NCBI RefSeq assembly: GCF_009914755.1
Contig: NC_060927.1
Source: the human T2T-CHM13v2.0 reference genome, Homo sapiens
DNA length: 64,000 bases
Strand: one strand, 5' to 3'
Each line of letters opens with the position of its first letter. Positions within the stretch are counted from its first letter, which is position 1. Positions 17,781 through 32,832 of this stretch are shown piece after piece. The translations under genes and the position numbers were made by a program. The notes under the pieces were generated by a model. The model was not told the DNA's origin and did no database searches. It worked only from the letters and a program-made list of their open reading frames with translations.

Positions 17781-19395
17781 ACTCCTTACATGTAAATGTG
17801 ATTAGCATGCTGCTTAGACCATGGAAAATAATTTTAAAATGCTACTATATCTTCTTTCTTTCCTTTTCTTTCTTTTTTATCTTAATCCTTTTTATGAATC
17901 CAACCACATTCCCAATCCATATTGATTTCTGTATCTCCAATACACATCTAGTACAGAAGCTGGCAAAAACTGTTATCTATTAAAAGGGTAGTATCTGTTG
18001 TCAAGGAACTCAGTCTAACAGGGCAAATGTGTAAGTAAATTGCATTACTGTGATTGAAGTCCAAAAACATTAGTAATTTATGTTCCTTACAAAACAGTAC
18101 ATCAAAGAGACTGATGAGCTATTCTTTAAGGTAGGCCAGAGACAATTAAGCAGAGAACATCTCAATATCTGAAATATATTTTTTAAATGATTAGGAGCTA
18201 GTCAGGCGATAGAGAAATCAGAATAGTCGTTGGAGGTGTGACGCAGTAGTGTATTCAACTTAGGTGCAAATACAAAAATTGTGGTTAGTTGTCATAAATT
18301 CCCTGTCCTTAAAATCAGATTTCCTGGCATATACTATCTCTTCTGAGTGATTTTTTTTAATGACAAATGGTTTATTTAGTTTAGAGCTTCGACTGAAATA
18401 TCTCTACCACATTTAGTATTCCTTGATTATTATAGATATCATTATGCATATAACATTATATGTTTACATATTTTGGGGTGTTTTCTATTTGGTTCCACCA
18501 ATGAGTATGCCTATTCTTTCACAAATATGAAGTATATTAACTACTATAACTTCATAATATATCATGATATCTAACATGGCAAGTCCTCCCAAATTTATTT
18601 TTTTAAATTTTTCCTCTTTAAGAATGTCTTGCCTATTCTTGAGATTTTGCTGTTTCATACAAAAGTTTAGAATCAGCTTGTCAAGTTTCACTAAAACCAC
18701 CATTGGAATTTTACTGGAATTTCATTAGTCTAAAGATTAATTTGGGGAAAACATACATCTTTATGATATTTAGTCTTTCTATTCATGAAGTGTTATGTCT
18801 GTATTTATATAGGTCTTCTTTAATATATTTTAATAAAGTTTTAAATTGTTTCCATAAAGGTTTGTCTACTTATTGTTAGATTTGTTACTCTGTACCTATT
18901 TGCCTATTTTTATTGCTATTATAAATGGTATTTTAAATATTTTTTCAAATTACGTATTTGCTAGAATCTCTAATACAATGTTAAACAGAAATGTTGATGA
19001 TAAACAACTTTCCTGATTTTAAATAAAATGCTAATATATTTTACCATTTAAAAGGATGCCTTCTGTTCATTTTTGGCAGAGAATTTTCATCAGATTAAAA
19101 AAAGACCTTTTTATTCCTATTTTGTTAAGAGTTTTTATAGTGAATGTGCATTGGCATTTCAAATGCCTTGTTTTCACTTATTGAAATAAAATTATGCTTT
19201 TTCCCTTTAATCTATTATTGCAGTGAGTTACATTAGTGAAGTTTCTAATATTGAACTCCCTTGCATACCTGGGATAAACCCAATTTGGCATATATATATA
19301 TATCACTGGATTTGATTTGCCAATAGTTTGTTTAGGATTTTTGCATCTATGTTCATGTCTGATATTGGACTACAAATTTGCTCCCCCATACAGTC

Positions 19396-19937
19396 TGTTC
19401 CAGCTATTTTATTGCTGCATAACAAAGTACTCCCACCCATAGAGGCTTAAAGTAACAACTATTTTATTATGTCTCCTGGTTTTGTGGGTTGGAAATTTGG
19501 GCAGGGCTTCTCTGGGAAATTGTTCATTTCTTTATGCCGTTAACTAAGATCACTCAGTGGTAGTCAGCTTGTGACTGAACTGAGCTGAAGTCCAAGACAA
19601 ATTCAATCAAATGCCTGGTGCATTGGCAGGGAAGCCTGGAATGCTGGGCTCAGCTGGGCCTCTCTCCTTCTCCATATAGTCTCAGGGTCTCACTGCATAG
19701 TCTATACAACAGGATAGTTATGCTTCTTCCACAGTAGTTCAGGGCTCCAAGCAACCAAGGTAGTACCCATCAGTCCTCTTAAAAGCTGGGTCCAGAATTA
19801 TCATAGCACCACTTCTGCCATGCTTTATTAGTTCTAAAAAAAGGCAGTGTAAGCATTAAATACTGTAGAGGAGAGGTAAACCTAACTCTTTATGGAAGTA
19901 GTTTCAAAGACTTTGCATCCATGATTTACCTACCACA
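19396..19937 (-). mobile_element. MaLR LTR (MLT1-type)
   Basis: TATTGCTGCATAACAAA...GGCTTAAA...ACCTACCACA pattern. Confidence 0.75.
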
Positions 19938-20291
19938 ATAATTGTTTATGATCTTGTTATCAAGACCAAACTAGCCTAATAACATGAGTTTGATTTCCTC
20001 CTTGTCTATTTGCAAGAAAACCCTTAGTATGATTTTAATCATCTGCTCCTTAAATGCCTGTTAGAGGTTTCTTCTAAAACCATTTTTGCCTGTTGTTTTT
20101 TGTATGAAGATAATAATTTTAAGACTACTCAGGCTTTCATTTTTTTCTGAGTCAGTTTTGATAAATCCTTTTTCTAAGGAATTATTCATTTTTTCTAAGT
20201 GTTTAGCATATTGGCACAAAATTGTTCATTGTTTTATCTTTTTATTGTGTACAGATCCATAGCTATGTCAATTTTATTATTAATATTACTA

Positions 20292-20588
20292 TTTTTTTTG
20301 AGAAAGCATCTCATTCTGTTGCCCAGGCTGGAGTGCAAGTGGTACAAATATGGTTCATTGCAGCGTCGACCTCCTGGGCTCAAGTGATCCTCTGGCCTCA
20401 GCCTCCCAAGTAGCTGGGACCACAGGCATGTGCCACCACACTCAGATAATTTTTTAAATTTTTTGTAGAGATGGAATCTCACTATTTATCCAGGCTGGTC
20501 TCAAACCCCTGGGCTCAAACAATCCTCCCACCTGGACTTCCCAAAGTGCCCAAAGTGAGATTATAGGCATGAGCCACTGTGCACAGCC
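20292..20588 (-). mobile_element. Alu (AluJ-type)
   Basis: Reverse-complement Alu. Confidence 0.9.
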
Positions 20589-23175
20589 TATGAATATTAT
20601 TTATGTGTTGTTTGTTTATCAATCTAGCCAAAATTTATTTACTTCACTAATATTTCAAAAACTAACATGGTTGATAATTTCTATTGCTTGATTGTTTCTC
20701 CTTATTTTCTGCACTAATTTTTACTATTTTTCTCTCATCATTATTTCTATTACATTTATTGTGATGTTTCATCTTTTTAAATCTCTTATTCTTATCCATG
20801 TCTTATCCATTTGTAAAAGTTTTTTATACATTCTGAACATAAGGTTTTTGTTGATTATAAGTGTTATAAGTATGTTCTTCCACTCTATCTTTTTGCTGAA
20901 CAAGTTTTCTTAATTTTAAAGTATTCTAGTAATCAATATTTTCTTTTATGATTAATGTTGTGTGTGCTGCTCAAGAAATCTATCACAATTTTCAAAGTCA
21001 TAAAGATATTCCATATTATTTTTAAAAAGATCTAGCATTCATATAGAATCAATATTTGCATTTGATATCAGTAGGGGTCAAATATATGGTTCATTGTCTA
21101 GTTATGGTTATCAAGTTGAGCTGGAACCACTTATTGTTACCTAGTTGACCATATGGTTATCTAGTTGACCCAGAACTATTTATTGAAAAGAACTCCCTTT
21201 TCCTACTGCTCTATTATTTCTTCTTTAACATAAATCAAATAGACGTATATGTGTGGGTTTGTTACTGAGCACCATTTTGTTACTTTGGTCTATTTATCCA
21301 TCTTTGTTCCAGCACCACATTATTGCAATTACTATAACTTCGTAATAAGCTTAATATCAATTAGAGTAAGTTCTCTCATCTTGTTCTTCTTCATGAAGGA
21401 AGTTGATTATTCATGGCTCTTGGCTCATTGCATTGCTCTGTGAACTTTATAATCAACTTGTCAATTCATACCTTAAGAAGACAGAAATTTCACTAGAACT
21501 GCACTAAATCTAGTGGATCAGATTGAGTAGAATTGACATCTTTGAAACATTGACTCTTTAAATCCATAAATGTAGTGTATGTCTCCATTTCTTTAAGTCT
21601 TCTAAAAATTTACCTTTAAATTGTTTTTTGAATAGTAGTCATGCACAACCTATGTCAGATTTATTGCTAGGTATTGGTTGTTGTTTTAATGCTACTGTAA
21701 TTGTTATTTTATTTCATTTTCTAATTCTCTGCCAATACATAAAAATATAAGTTATGTTTTCATATTGGATCTTGCACTCAATAAACTTGCCAAAATCATT
21801 TCTTAATCCTAATAATTTATCAGTGATTATTTCAGATTTTTGGAGCATGAAATTATATTGTACATTAATAATGATAAATTTTCTTTCCTTTCAAGTGATT
21901 GTATTTTAATTTCATTTTGATTTATTGCACTGGCTAGGACCTATACAAAAATGTTGACTTAAAGTGATGATAGGTAGTGCCCTTATATTATTTTCTATCT
22001 CCAACAGAAAGCTTTTAATGTTTACCATTGAATTTGATGTTTGCTGTAGTTTGTTTTATTTGTTTTAGAATATCTTGTATTTGAAATGAGATTAAGGTCT
22101 CATTCTTAGTTAGAGAAGAGCTTTTACCATTAATAACATTAAGTTTCATCAAATACTCTTTCTGAATCCATTTGAATACTTACAACATTTTCTCTTTTAT
22201 GCCGTTAATGTAGACTACAATGACTGATTTTCTAATATTAAACCTACCTCATATTTCTGAAATAAATCAAATAAGGTCAATATTTTATACTTTTATCCGT
22301 TGGCTGATTCAAATTTCTAATTGAATTTACGGACTTTCATATCGTCGTCATAAATGAATTGGCCTATAATTTTCATTCTTTAATATTCTTCTAAAATTTT
22401 CATTTTGAAAATTATTCTTACCTAATAAAGTAAGCTCGGACATGTTTCTTCTATTTTATTCTCCAGGAAAGGTGACAAAATTAGCACTTTATTTCACAAA
22501 GTTTACTAGCAAATATAATACATTTATTTAGAATATTTATAATTTCTATTTCTTCTTGCATCAGTTTTAGTGTTTTATTTTTCTAGGACTTTATTAATTT
22601 TACATATTTTTCAAATTTATTGTCATAAAGTTGGGAACGTAGGATCTGTAGAAATATAACCTTTTCATTTCCAATATTAGGTATTTCTGCATTCTCTCTT
22701 TTTAAACTTTTTCTTCACCAGTCTCAGAAGGAAGGAGTTTGTCAATTTTATTACTCTTTCCAAAGTACCCCATTTTGGTTTTGATGCCTCTATCTCATTT
22801 TTTTAATCTATCATGGATTTTTTGCTTGTCTCTTTATGATTTCTGTTCTTCTGTTCTACTGTCTTCAAGACTCAATTTCTTGAGACAGTTCATTAACTTT
22901 AATCTTTCTTTTCTAATATATGTATTTAAAACTAAAAATTTCTCATTCAGCATGCCTTTAATTACATACCATGAGTTTTGACAGGTATTGTATTTATCAA
23001 CATTTTAAAGTATTTTCTAATTTTTGTTGTAATTTATTCTTTAACTCACAGATTACTTAGGAGCATATTATTTATTTTCCAACTATTTGGGGGATTTTCA
23101 AGTTTTCTTATTGTTGTTGACTTTTATTTCTACTGTGGTCGGTGAGCACACTCCATTTTATTATAATCCTGTTAA

Positions 23176-23988
<813 letters not shown>

Positions 23989-24979
23989 TTAAACATGTTG
24001 TGACATGCTTTCTGCCCTAGCTAGCATGCATGTACTGAATTTTCATAAATTTTCTCTGCTCACAGAGAACTAAGCTAAAAATGTCACCATTTGGTGTTAT
24101 TTTTTTCTTCTTTCTTACTTTAAATAATTGACTCTTTTAGTTATATATTCTTTACTTTTTTTGTATTACCCTGAGCGATTAAAACCTGGATTCTTCATTT
24201 ATCAAAGACTAGGATAATTTAGCCCTTATATTTCTTCCAAGACAGTTCAAGAACCTTCGAACATGTAACCTCAGTTTATCATTCTTTAGATTTAGATGGC
24301 ATTGTTGTCATATATTTTAACTCTATATGTTTTAAATTTTAAATATGATATTATTATTATTAATTTGAACAGTAAATATTTAGACCCTTTTTGCTGCTCT
24401 TTCTCTTGCATCTCCACACTTTTCTGTCTAGTTTTCTCTCTAGTTGTCTGTCTAAAACTATCCATTTACCCTTTCTTACTGAAGAACATGCCTTAGTATT
24501 TCTTTCAGTGTAGATTTTCAGGTGATAAATTCTTGCAGTTTTTGGTTGTGTGGAAAATATTTTTATTTCACCTTTATTCATGAAGAATGTTTTTATTGAA
24601 AATAGAATTTAGAATATATGTATATATAAAGAAAAAAGAGAAAATACAATTTTAGATTGGCAGTTATTTTCTTTCAGCCTTTATTTTATTGTGCTTGAGT
24701 TTCCATTGCTTCTATTAACTCACTGACTTCAATTTTTTTCTTCTAACATATATATTTGAAATGAAACATTCTCTCAACATAGCTTTAGCTACATATTATG
24801 AGTTTTGATGGTTAATCCTATTTTAATTCCTGTAGAGTTACAAAGATTTCTTCCTGGTTGCTTTTAAGCATTTTTCTATCTTTGTAGTTCCGCAACTTTA
24901 CTATGATATACTTATGTGCGATTTTGCTTTTATTTACCCTGTTTGTTTCATAAAGCACCTTGAAGCTATGGCTTTAAAT

Positions 24980-25196
24980 CAAGCGTGTCCAAACCATGGC
25001 CCGTGGGCTGCATGCAGCCCAGGACATCTTTGAATGTGGCCTAACACAAACTCATCAACTTTCTTAAAACATTTTGAGATTTTTTTTTTGTGATTTTTTT
25101 AAAGCTCATCAGCTATCGTTAGTGTACTTTATGTATGGCTCAAGACAATTCTTCTTCCAATGTGGCCCAGGGAAGCCAAAAGATTGGACACCTCTA
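24980..25196. mobile_element. MER30 hAT-Charlie MITE
   Basis: TIR core GTGTCCAA/TTGGACAC; 8-bp TSD CTTTAAAT/TTTTAAAT. Confidence 0.85.
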
Positions 25197-25390
25197 TTTT
25201 AAATCTTTCATCCTTTTTGGAAAATTATAAGTCCATTATTATTTTAAATACACTTCTGCCTTATTTTCTTTCTACTCTCCTCCAGGACTCTCATTATCCA
25301 CGTGTTAGTTGTGACTCACGTATTCCCAAACTTAGGCTATTTTATCTATTTTCTGTCTTAAAAATTATTTTCTCGGAGCTATCTTCTAAT

Positions 25391-25743
25391 TGTTAGTCCA
25401 AACTGCACCATTTTTTAAGCTCCCTGCTATTTTGCAGACCTTGGTCAAAGTGAAACATTTCATGGGGGTTTGGGCCATGAGAAACCTCCTGCCTAACCAC
25501 CTGACCGTGTCGCAAGGCAAACAAAGGCCCAACTAAAGAAACATCCCTATCATATCTTGCTGGACAAAGGTCCAAGGAACACCACGATGACAACCTGCCG
25601 GAACAAGGGCCAGAACCGCCTCATCATTGGAACATCTTATCAATATCCTGCCGGGCAGCAAGCCATACTGTCCAGATCCCTCCCGCCCATACCTATAAGT
25701 ACACCCAGCCTGTAAGCAGTGGTGGGCTCTGGCATTAGGCTGG
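25391..25743 (+). mobile_element. ERV LTR fragment, 3'-truncated (LTR18-like, tentative)
   Basis: GC-richer block starting TGTTAGTCCAAACTGCACC with TATAA near 25694, ending abruptly. Confidence 0.6.
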
Positions 25744-26831
25744 ATTATTCAAACTAGGTTTCAGTTCCTTCAAGGACTTCATTTACAGTTAATCACTTCT
25801 GGAGTGAGTTGTTCAGGATCCCAACCCAAAGCATGAGGATTCTACCACTTCTCAACCTTTCTTGATATGCCCTTGTCTCCAATATTTAGGAGGAGGGGAA
25901 ACTGGGGCCTAAATTGAATATGCTATTACCCAGGGAAAAATTAAATTAAAATTATTTCTTCTAAGACTCAGCTTAGACTTGAGAACACTCTGGCCCATTC
26001 TAAGATGCCCAGATTAATGTGGGGGTTTTAGGATCAGCAACTCAACCTTGTTGCATGCCTAAGGCTTAGTCTCCTTGCCTTAGCTCTGGCACTGGCATTA
26101 CAATCAGGGTAGCGTTGCTTTTCACAAGGGTTTACTCGTTGCTCTGGTTTTACTTCACAGATTATATTTTGTGTATTCTTTCTGCGTTTGTGTGTTTCGG
26201 GCTGCTGAAGATTTTCCTTTCTTCCTGTAAGCCCAGTGATGCAAGAAAAATTTCTTAATGCAGGATTTATGCAAAATCTTCCTTGTTTCCAAGTTATCAT
26301 TTTGTAAGTTTTTTTGAGAAAGGTAACATTCTCAGAATACTTAACATACTGAAGTCAAGTTTAAGCTTAGTGCTCTTATGGAAAAACTATACAGTGAATA
26401 AAAACATGCTTCTACTAATTACAAATGCATCTTTTTTGAAATGCTTTATAAGATAAAAAAATTATTAATCCCTTATTTTCCTCATTATATTATAGTTGCT
26501 TTATAGGTGACTAATAAGTCTCAGGTGAGTCAGTGATATAACATTAGATTCTTACATGGGGATCAGTAGATATTCAAGACAACCTGTTATTTAAACCTCA
26601 AATTCTGGCTTTACCAGAAAGATCTGCACAATGGCAGTCATCCCAGTTCTCCTATTCATAAGCTTCAGACCTGCCTGTATACCCTGCTAGCTGACTCAAC
26701 ATGAATGGGAGCTTTCAGTAGATGTTGAGCGAATATGAAAGCTGGAGAACTAGATGGAAATCTATGGAATAAATTACCAATTTTTTAAGTTGCAGTGAAA
26801 CAATTTTTATCTTTTTTTTCGGATTAAACAT

Positions 26832-26978
26832 ACCCATAATTTGGAAGGTTGAGGCCTCCCAAATTTGGGAGGATTGCTTGAGCCTAGGAGTTTGAGGCTG
26901 CTGTGAGCCATAATTGCACCACTGCACTCCAGCCTGGGAGACAGAGCAAGGCCCTGTCTCAAAATGAAAAATAAAAAA
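26832..26978 (+). mobile_element. Alu monomer (FLAM/right-arm) fragment
   Basis: GGAGGATTGCTTGAGCC...CCCTGTCTC plus A tail. Confidence 0.85.
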
Positions 26979-27593
26979 CATATCCAGAGAGCTGTAATAT
27001 GTTAAGAAAAGAGAGAGGTATTCCAATGTCCTAGCAGCACAGTTCCAAATGGCTTACTTCTGCCTAATCATTCAGATGTTAACTACAAAAATAGTACTAG
27101 TGTGTGATAAATTATGGATAAAAAGGTGGTGTAGGGCAGGCTCCGATCAGACTGACCTTTATGCTTAAATCTCAGTTCACGTAGTTATAAGCAATTAAAT
27201 TTTGGGTGAATTTCTTAACTTCCTTAGTCTTCCATTTCCTCAGTAAAATGTTACTACTTGCCTCATATGATGATGAGGTTTTCAGATATGACAAGTTCCT
27301 AAAATATAGTAAGGATTCAGGAGATTTTTATCAAGTTATTTCTTTTTTACTAGGTTTTTTTCTTGTCCAGGAAGAGTAATAGTGTTCTGAGGGTCAGTTC
27401 TCCAGCCAAGCTCCAAAATAGACCTCATGGCTTATAAGGCAACATGAAAAAATATAAGCCGGTGCTCAATCCATGCTTCGTCTAAACCAAGTAAAGCCTA
27501 AATAGCCAATAGAAATAATGAAAAGCAAATAGGATGTTCAAGAGTCTTCGTTATAATCATATATGACATTTTTATTTCAAAATGCATTATTTA

Positions 27594-27900
<307 letters not shown>

Positions 27901-28639
27901 ATGCATAATTCTAAACCTAACAGTAATTAAACATAAAAGAATTATTAGTACTGTTGGAGGATATAAATAATAAATTTTAAAAAGAGGTAAATGGCTATTA
28001 AACAGAGCAATTAAATGTTTGAGAATTAGGAAACAGAGGCAACTATAAAAGCAGGCTCCAAAAAATTTATATTGAAATGGTTAATATCGAAAATAATGGA
28101 ACTTTAAGAAAGTATGCATATGTTATAAGAAAATATCCAACTCGGGAATTCAGATATCTAACCACCTAAAATATCTTGTTGTACCGAAAAGAACCAGTTT
28201 TCCCTCAATTCATAGTCACATTTAGCAGTTATTTGTACATTTTTAATGTTTAATATATTTTTAATTAAAAATATTAATGTGTTGTTCGATCAGTATTTAC
28301 TGAGCATTTAACTACCAGCAATTACCGTTCTGGCTCCGTACAAGTACAAAACTGCATGGGTCATGGTTTTTGCCCTCAAGCAAAGACATACATTATAATA
28401 TGATTTTAACTGACTGTATAAAAAGCTGTGTGATCATAGGGCCATGCAAGACACAGCATATATCAAGAGTGTAAAAACTGAGAAAGAAGAGAAGTCTGGA
28501 AAGATCAAGGTAAAAAGACTTGAACCACGTTGCTATTAGAAAGTGTAAAGACCTTTCTGTCGTTTTTCTGATCTACCCTAGCAAAAATAATAGATTACAT
28601 GTATTGATTTCTGACTAGTACATGGAACAGGCACTGTGT

Positions 28640-28830
28640 CAAATTCTTTAAATATCTTATTATTGTTTACAATAACCCTGCATGGTAGGCACTTTTAAAA
28701 TCCCATTTTCTAGATAAGGGATTAAGAGATTGACTTGAGCTCATTCAGCTACCAAGTGGCAGAGCTAAGTCCTGAACTTAGGCAGGCTATCCCAAGAAAA
28801 AGCACTTCACCATGCACTGTACTGCTTCAT
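28640..28830 (-). mobile_element. MIR
   Basis: ACAATAACCCTG...CCCATTTTCTAGATAAGG...AAGTGGCAGAGC. Confidence 0.65.
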
Positions 28831-29618
28831 AAGCATCCAAGCATACTGCACATTTTGTCCAATGCGAACCTGTCTCAAATAAACTGAAGACGACACTTGC
28901 TGTTTGTGTTCTTTGTAGTCTTACTTCATATCCTGCTGCAACATGAGTTCATGGTCTTTATTTACAAGTTGCCCCCAAAGCTTCTAGATTCTTTTATTTC
29001 TAGGACTGAGTCTTATGTTTTTATCTGCATCTGTTCTAACACATATTTTAGCATGTGATAAATTTCAATGTAGTTCTTTCTATATGCCGAGCCCTGAGAA
29101 TGCACTGGTGAATCTGTGAATTTCTGCCATTTCTGCTTATTATTGAACTCAATCTCGTGAGTGAAGTATCTGTAGCCACCAGTCTTATTCTGGTTAACTT
29201 AATTAAGACATTTAAAACATATATATTGAACTCAAACTACGTACATTGCATTGATTTAGATTCTGTGATGGATACAAGAAGTTTAAGACACAGTCCCTGT
29301 TCTCAACAAGTGTATACTTCAGCTGCATAAAATATAAAACAAATATGTAAAAGGTAAATAATTCAAGAGTTCTATTTCTACACAAGAGAATAAAACCAAG
29401 CTCATCACAGGGTGTTACATGATGTTGAATTTGTTAGGATATTACAGAAAAACAAGAGGTTCTGTAGTAAAAAAATAATTTGGAGATTCTAGATTACATA
29501 TATTCAAGTAGTTTTCTTTAATGCACAATTTCTCATCGCCTTTATTATGGCAATGTACATTGCAATCTTGCAAGAGAGTTTCATTCTTTGTAATATTTTC
29601 CACATTTGTTTTGAAAAA

Positions 29619-29825
29619 TGCTATGGTCTGAATGTCTGTGTTCCCCCTAAAATTCATATGTTGAAATTATAACCCCAAAGTGATGGTATTAGGAGGTAGG
29701 GCCTTTGGGGAGGTGATTAGGGCTTGAGGCCTCTGATAATGGACTAATGCCCTTACAAAATAGGCCAAGGGAGCTCATTTGCCACTCCCACCATGTGAGG
29801 ACACAAGACGAAGGGGTTTCTATGA
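29619..29825 (+). mobile_element. MaLR LTR fragment (MLT1A/MST-type)
   Basis: TGCTATGGTCTGAATGT...CCATGTGAGGACACA. Confidence 0.8.
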
Positions 29826-30514
29826 AACCCCTTGCAAGGAGGAGGTAAATGTTGAACTGAGCTTGGAAATATGAACAAGAAATTCCTTCATTAATTCTAA
29901 AACTTTAACTTTTTTTTTTTAACCTGGATGAAATTATTTGCTTACTCAGGCTTTCCTCAAGTTAGATATTCAGGAGAAAGGAAGGTTAGGGAACAAAAAC
30001 GGAAATAGATACACGGCCAAATATAATTAGGTTAGAGAGAATTACTAAATATAGTAATTCATACATCAAAGAACTTGTAAGAACTACAGAATAAGCACCT
30101 TTGGCGTGACCTGAGTTTCTCTAGGCAGGCCTCCCCAGCAGTTGTGTATGGGTAGAATAATATTAATGGTCACATCTCATATTTCCTGCCTCTTTTTCTC
30201 ACCTCCATAGCAGACATAAATCAGTTTCATGCAAAACAAGCCTCTGCAGCCATGCCCAATTATCTCTAGAGGTCCTGAAAGGGTATCTCAAAGTTTTCAC
30301 AAACTATCTTATGTTCAGCCTGTGGCCTAATTCGCTATAGTCAAATACTGAGAGAAGTCAAGGAAAGTACTTATGTTCACGCCAATAGTCTTGTTTTTTG
30401 CTACTTCTCAAACTGCAAACACTTGAGATGCCTATATGGAATGGCCTCCACTGTAATTCTCTTGGAGCTAAAGTCCCTCTGTGTCACAAGAATAAGTTGC
30501 AAGAAGAATGATCC

Positions 30515-30875
30515 TGATGTGATTTGGCTGTGTCCCCACCCAAATCTCCTCTTGAATTGTAGCTCCCTTAATTCCCACATGTCATGGGAGGGACCCAGTG
30601 GGAGGTAATTGAATCAAGGGGGTGAGTCTTTCCCATGCTGTTCTCATGACAGTGAATAAGACACACAAGATCTGATGGTTTTATAAGGGGAGTTCCCCTC
30701 CACATGCACTTTGTCTGCTGCCATGTAAGATGTGACTTTGCTCCTCTTTCACCTTCTGCCATGATTGAGAGGCCTCCTGAGCCATGTGGAACTGTGAGCC
30801 AATTAAACCTCTTTCCTTATATATTACCCAGTCTCATGTATGTCTTTGTTAGCAGCATGAGAACAGACTCATACA
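30515..30875 (+). mobile_element. THE1 solo LTR
   Basis: TGATGTGATTTGGCTGTGTCCCCACCCAAATCTC...GAACAGACTCATACA. Confidence 0.9.
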
Positions 30876-30902
30876 GTCCCTCTCTCTACTTTGTGTCAAC
30901 AT

Positions 30903-31203
30903 GGCTGGACATGGTGGCTCATACCTGTAATCCCAACAATTTAGGAAGCCAAGGCAGGAAGATCGCTTCAGGCCAGAAGTTCATGACTAGCCTGGGCAAC
31001 ACAGGGAGACCTGGTATCTACAAAAATTTAAAAACTAGTTGATCATGGTGGTGCACACCTGTATTCCCAGCTACTCAGGAGGCTGAGACAGGAGGATCGC
31101 TTGAGACCAGGAGTTCAAGGCTGTAGTGAACTATGATCATACCACTACACTCCAGCCTGGGCAACAGAATGAGACCCTGTCTCTCTTAAAAAAAAAAAAA
31201 AAA
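30903..31203 (+). mobile_element. Alu (AluJ-type)
   Basis: Dimeric Alu with A tail. Confidence 0.9.
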
Positions 31204-31288
31204 GACACGATTGTCTCTCTGCTTTTTGCTCCTCACATTCCAAAGTCACCAATGAAAATATTTCCTTCAGTCTCTGTTTGGAGAACCT

Positions 31289-31630
31289 TGCTGGAAGTCA
31301 ATTCCCCAGGGGTCTCTCACATTTCTGCACATCTTGTGAGTAGAGGCACTGGCTAACTTTGTTCCAAATTATTGTTTTAGTGATGTCTGTATGGCCAACA
31401 GCCCTGGAAAATAGAGTGTCTTTCTGTGGAACAGAGGGAAGATTTGTGCAGGCTTCACCTAGCCCTTTTGCATCTCCCTCTGGGAACTCGAGCAAGTGGA
31501 GTCAATTCAAATATGCTGACTACTATGCCATGAATAATAAAGCCCTTTGTCTCTGATGCAGGAGTCTCATGTCTTCTGCCAGCATCCACAGAACAGTGGC
31601 GAGCTAACTTGTTAGGATGTTTCACAGTTA
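31289..31630 (+). mobile_element. ERVL-type LTR (LTR40/41-like, tentative)
   Basis: GGTCTCTCACATTTCTGCACATCTTG...AATAAAGCCCTTTGTCTCTGA...GGAGTCTCATGTCTTCTGCCAGCATCC. Confidence 0.65.
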
Positions 31631-31699
31631 TTGACACACCTTTCATTACAGGATTCAGACAGAAGTTCATGACAAGAACCACTGTCTACGACAGACACT

Positions 31700-31977
31700 G
31701 TTGACCTTGGCTCCTCTTCCTGGGTATTCCCCAACTAGTCTGAGAAGAGTGGGGGTACTAGGGCCTGGCCATTTCTGCTTATTAGTGAGCTCAATCTCAT
31801 GGACAATCTTTGCTCCAAAGCTCCCTGTTGGATTTTCTGAGACTTTGTCTAATCTGTAGGCATTTCCTGCCCAATACAATTTCTCTGCCTTTTGTATTTC
31901 ATAGGTGTTATCTCTAATAAACTGCTTGTACTCCCAACTCTGTCTCAATGTCTGCTTCCCATAGAACCCAACTGACA
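31700..31977 (+). mobile_element. ERVL LTR 3' part (LTR16-like)
   Basis: AATAAACT...GTCTGCTTCC..GAACCCAACTGACA end. Confidence 0.6.
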
Positions 31978-32036
31978 TGCCTAGTCTCCAGCTATAGACT
32001 CCAACTGACATGCCTATCTCCAGCTATAGACTCCAA
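31968..32036. repeat. Tandem duplication of a 33/32-bp unit
   Basis: CCAACTGACATGCCTA(G)TCTCCAGCTATAGACT x2 plus CCAA. Confidence 0.95.
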
Positions 32037-32832
32037 AACAAAACTTTCTTCCTTCTCTGAAAGCACCCCATTTGAATAAAGTCATATACGTTAACACCTC
32101 ATATGCATACTCAGTTTCTCCCAACATGACCAGACATGTTATTATAAATCCCAGTTTAGGCCCAAGTTGGAAATTCCATTGAATAAAAAATGCACAATGT
32201 AGCTTTGTGTACTAAAAATGATTACGTTAGGATACATTAAGTTCATGAAACCCTTAAGTTAAAGGATTAACATGTATAGCGCCTTTATGTAAGATTAGAA
32301 AACTCTTAAATTAGATGTTTATAGTATATTAATATGTGCTATATTTTAAGTCTAAGATGTCATTAACTGCAAGCATGCTATTAAGTATTTATTAAAAAAG
32401 AAAAGCATCACCAACTAATATATGACATAATACTAAGATGCCACCTATTGTAAGACAAATTTCAATTTCAGGGATATGAAAATGTGCAAAAACATGCATC
32501 TTAGAGTTAATGAAATGCAGTATTAGATGACATGGGAGTTTTCCTGGACTCAGATTATTTGCACATTTCTAAAACCTAAGCACACATTATTAAAGAAAGA
32601 ATCTCCAACTCCTGAATTATTTTGCTTACCATGTGGCAATTCATAATTAAATAGATAATATTTAATTTAAATTAATAACCGAGTGTTGGACAGCAATCAA
32701 GTAAATTTGTTAAAAAGCTTCAAGCTTACTAAGCATATAAAAGTAGGCTTACACTGTGAAAATGGGATGTAATTGAATAATATTAATACAACAGCAGGGT
32801 TTTTAAAAAAAAAATTCAATAAAAATTAATCA

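Larger units (their letters stand above)
18420..23150 (-). mobile_element. Patchwork of old L1M fragments (interrupted by MLT1 and Alu)
   Basis: T-rich reverse L1 ORF2 remnants, e.g. TTTAGAATCAGCTTGTCAAG and GGGATAAACCC. Confidence 0.7.
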
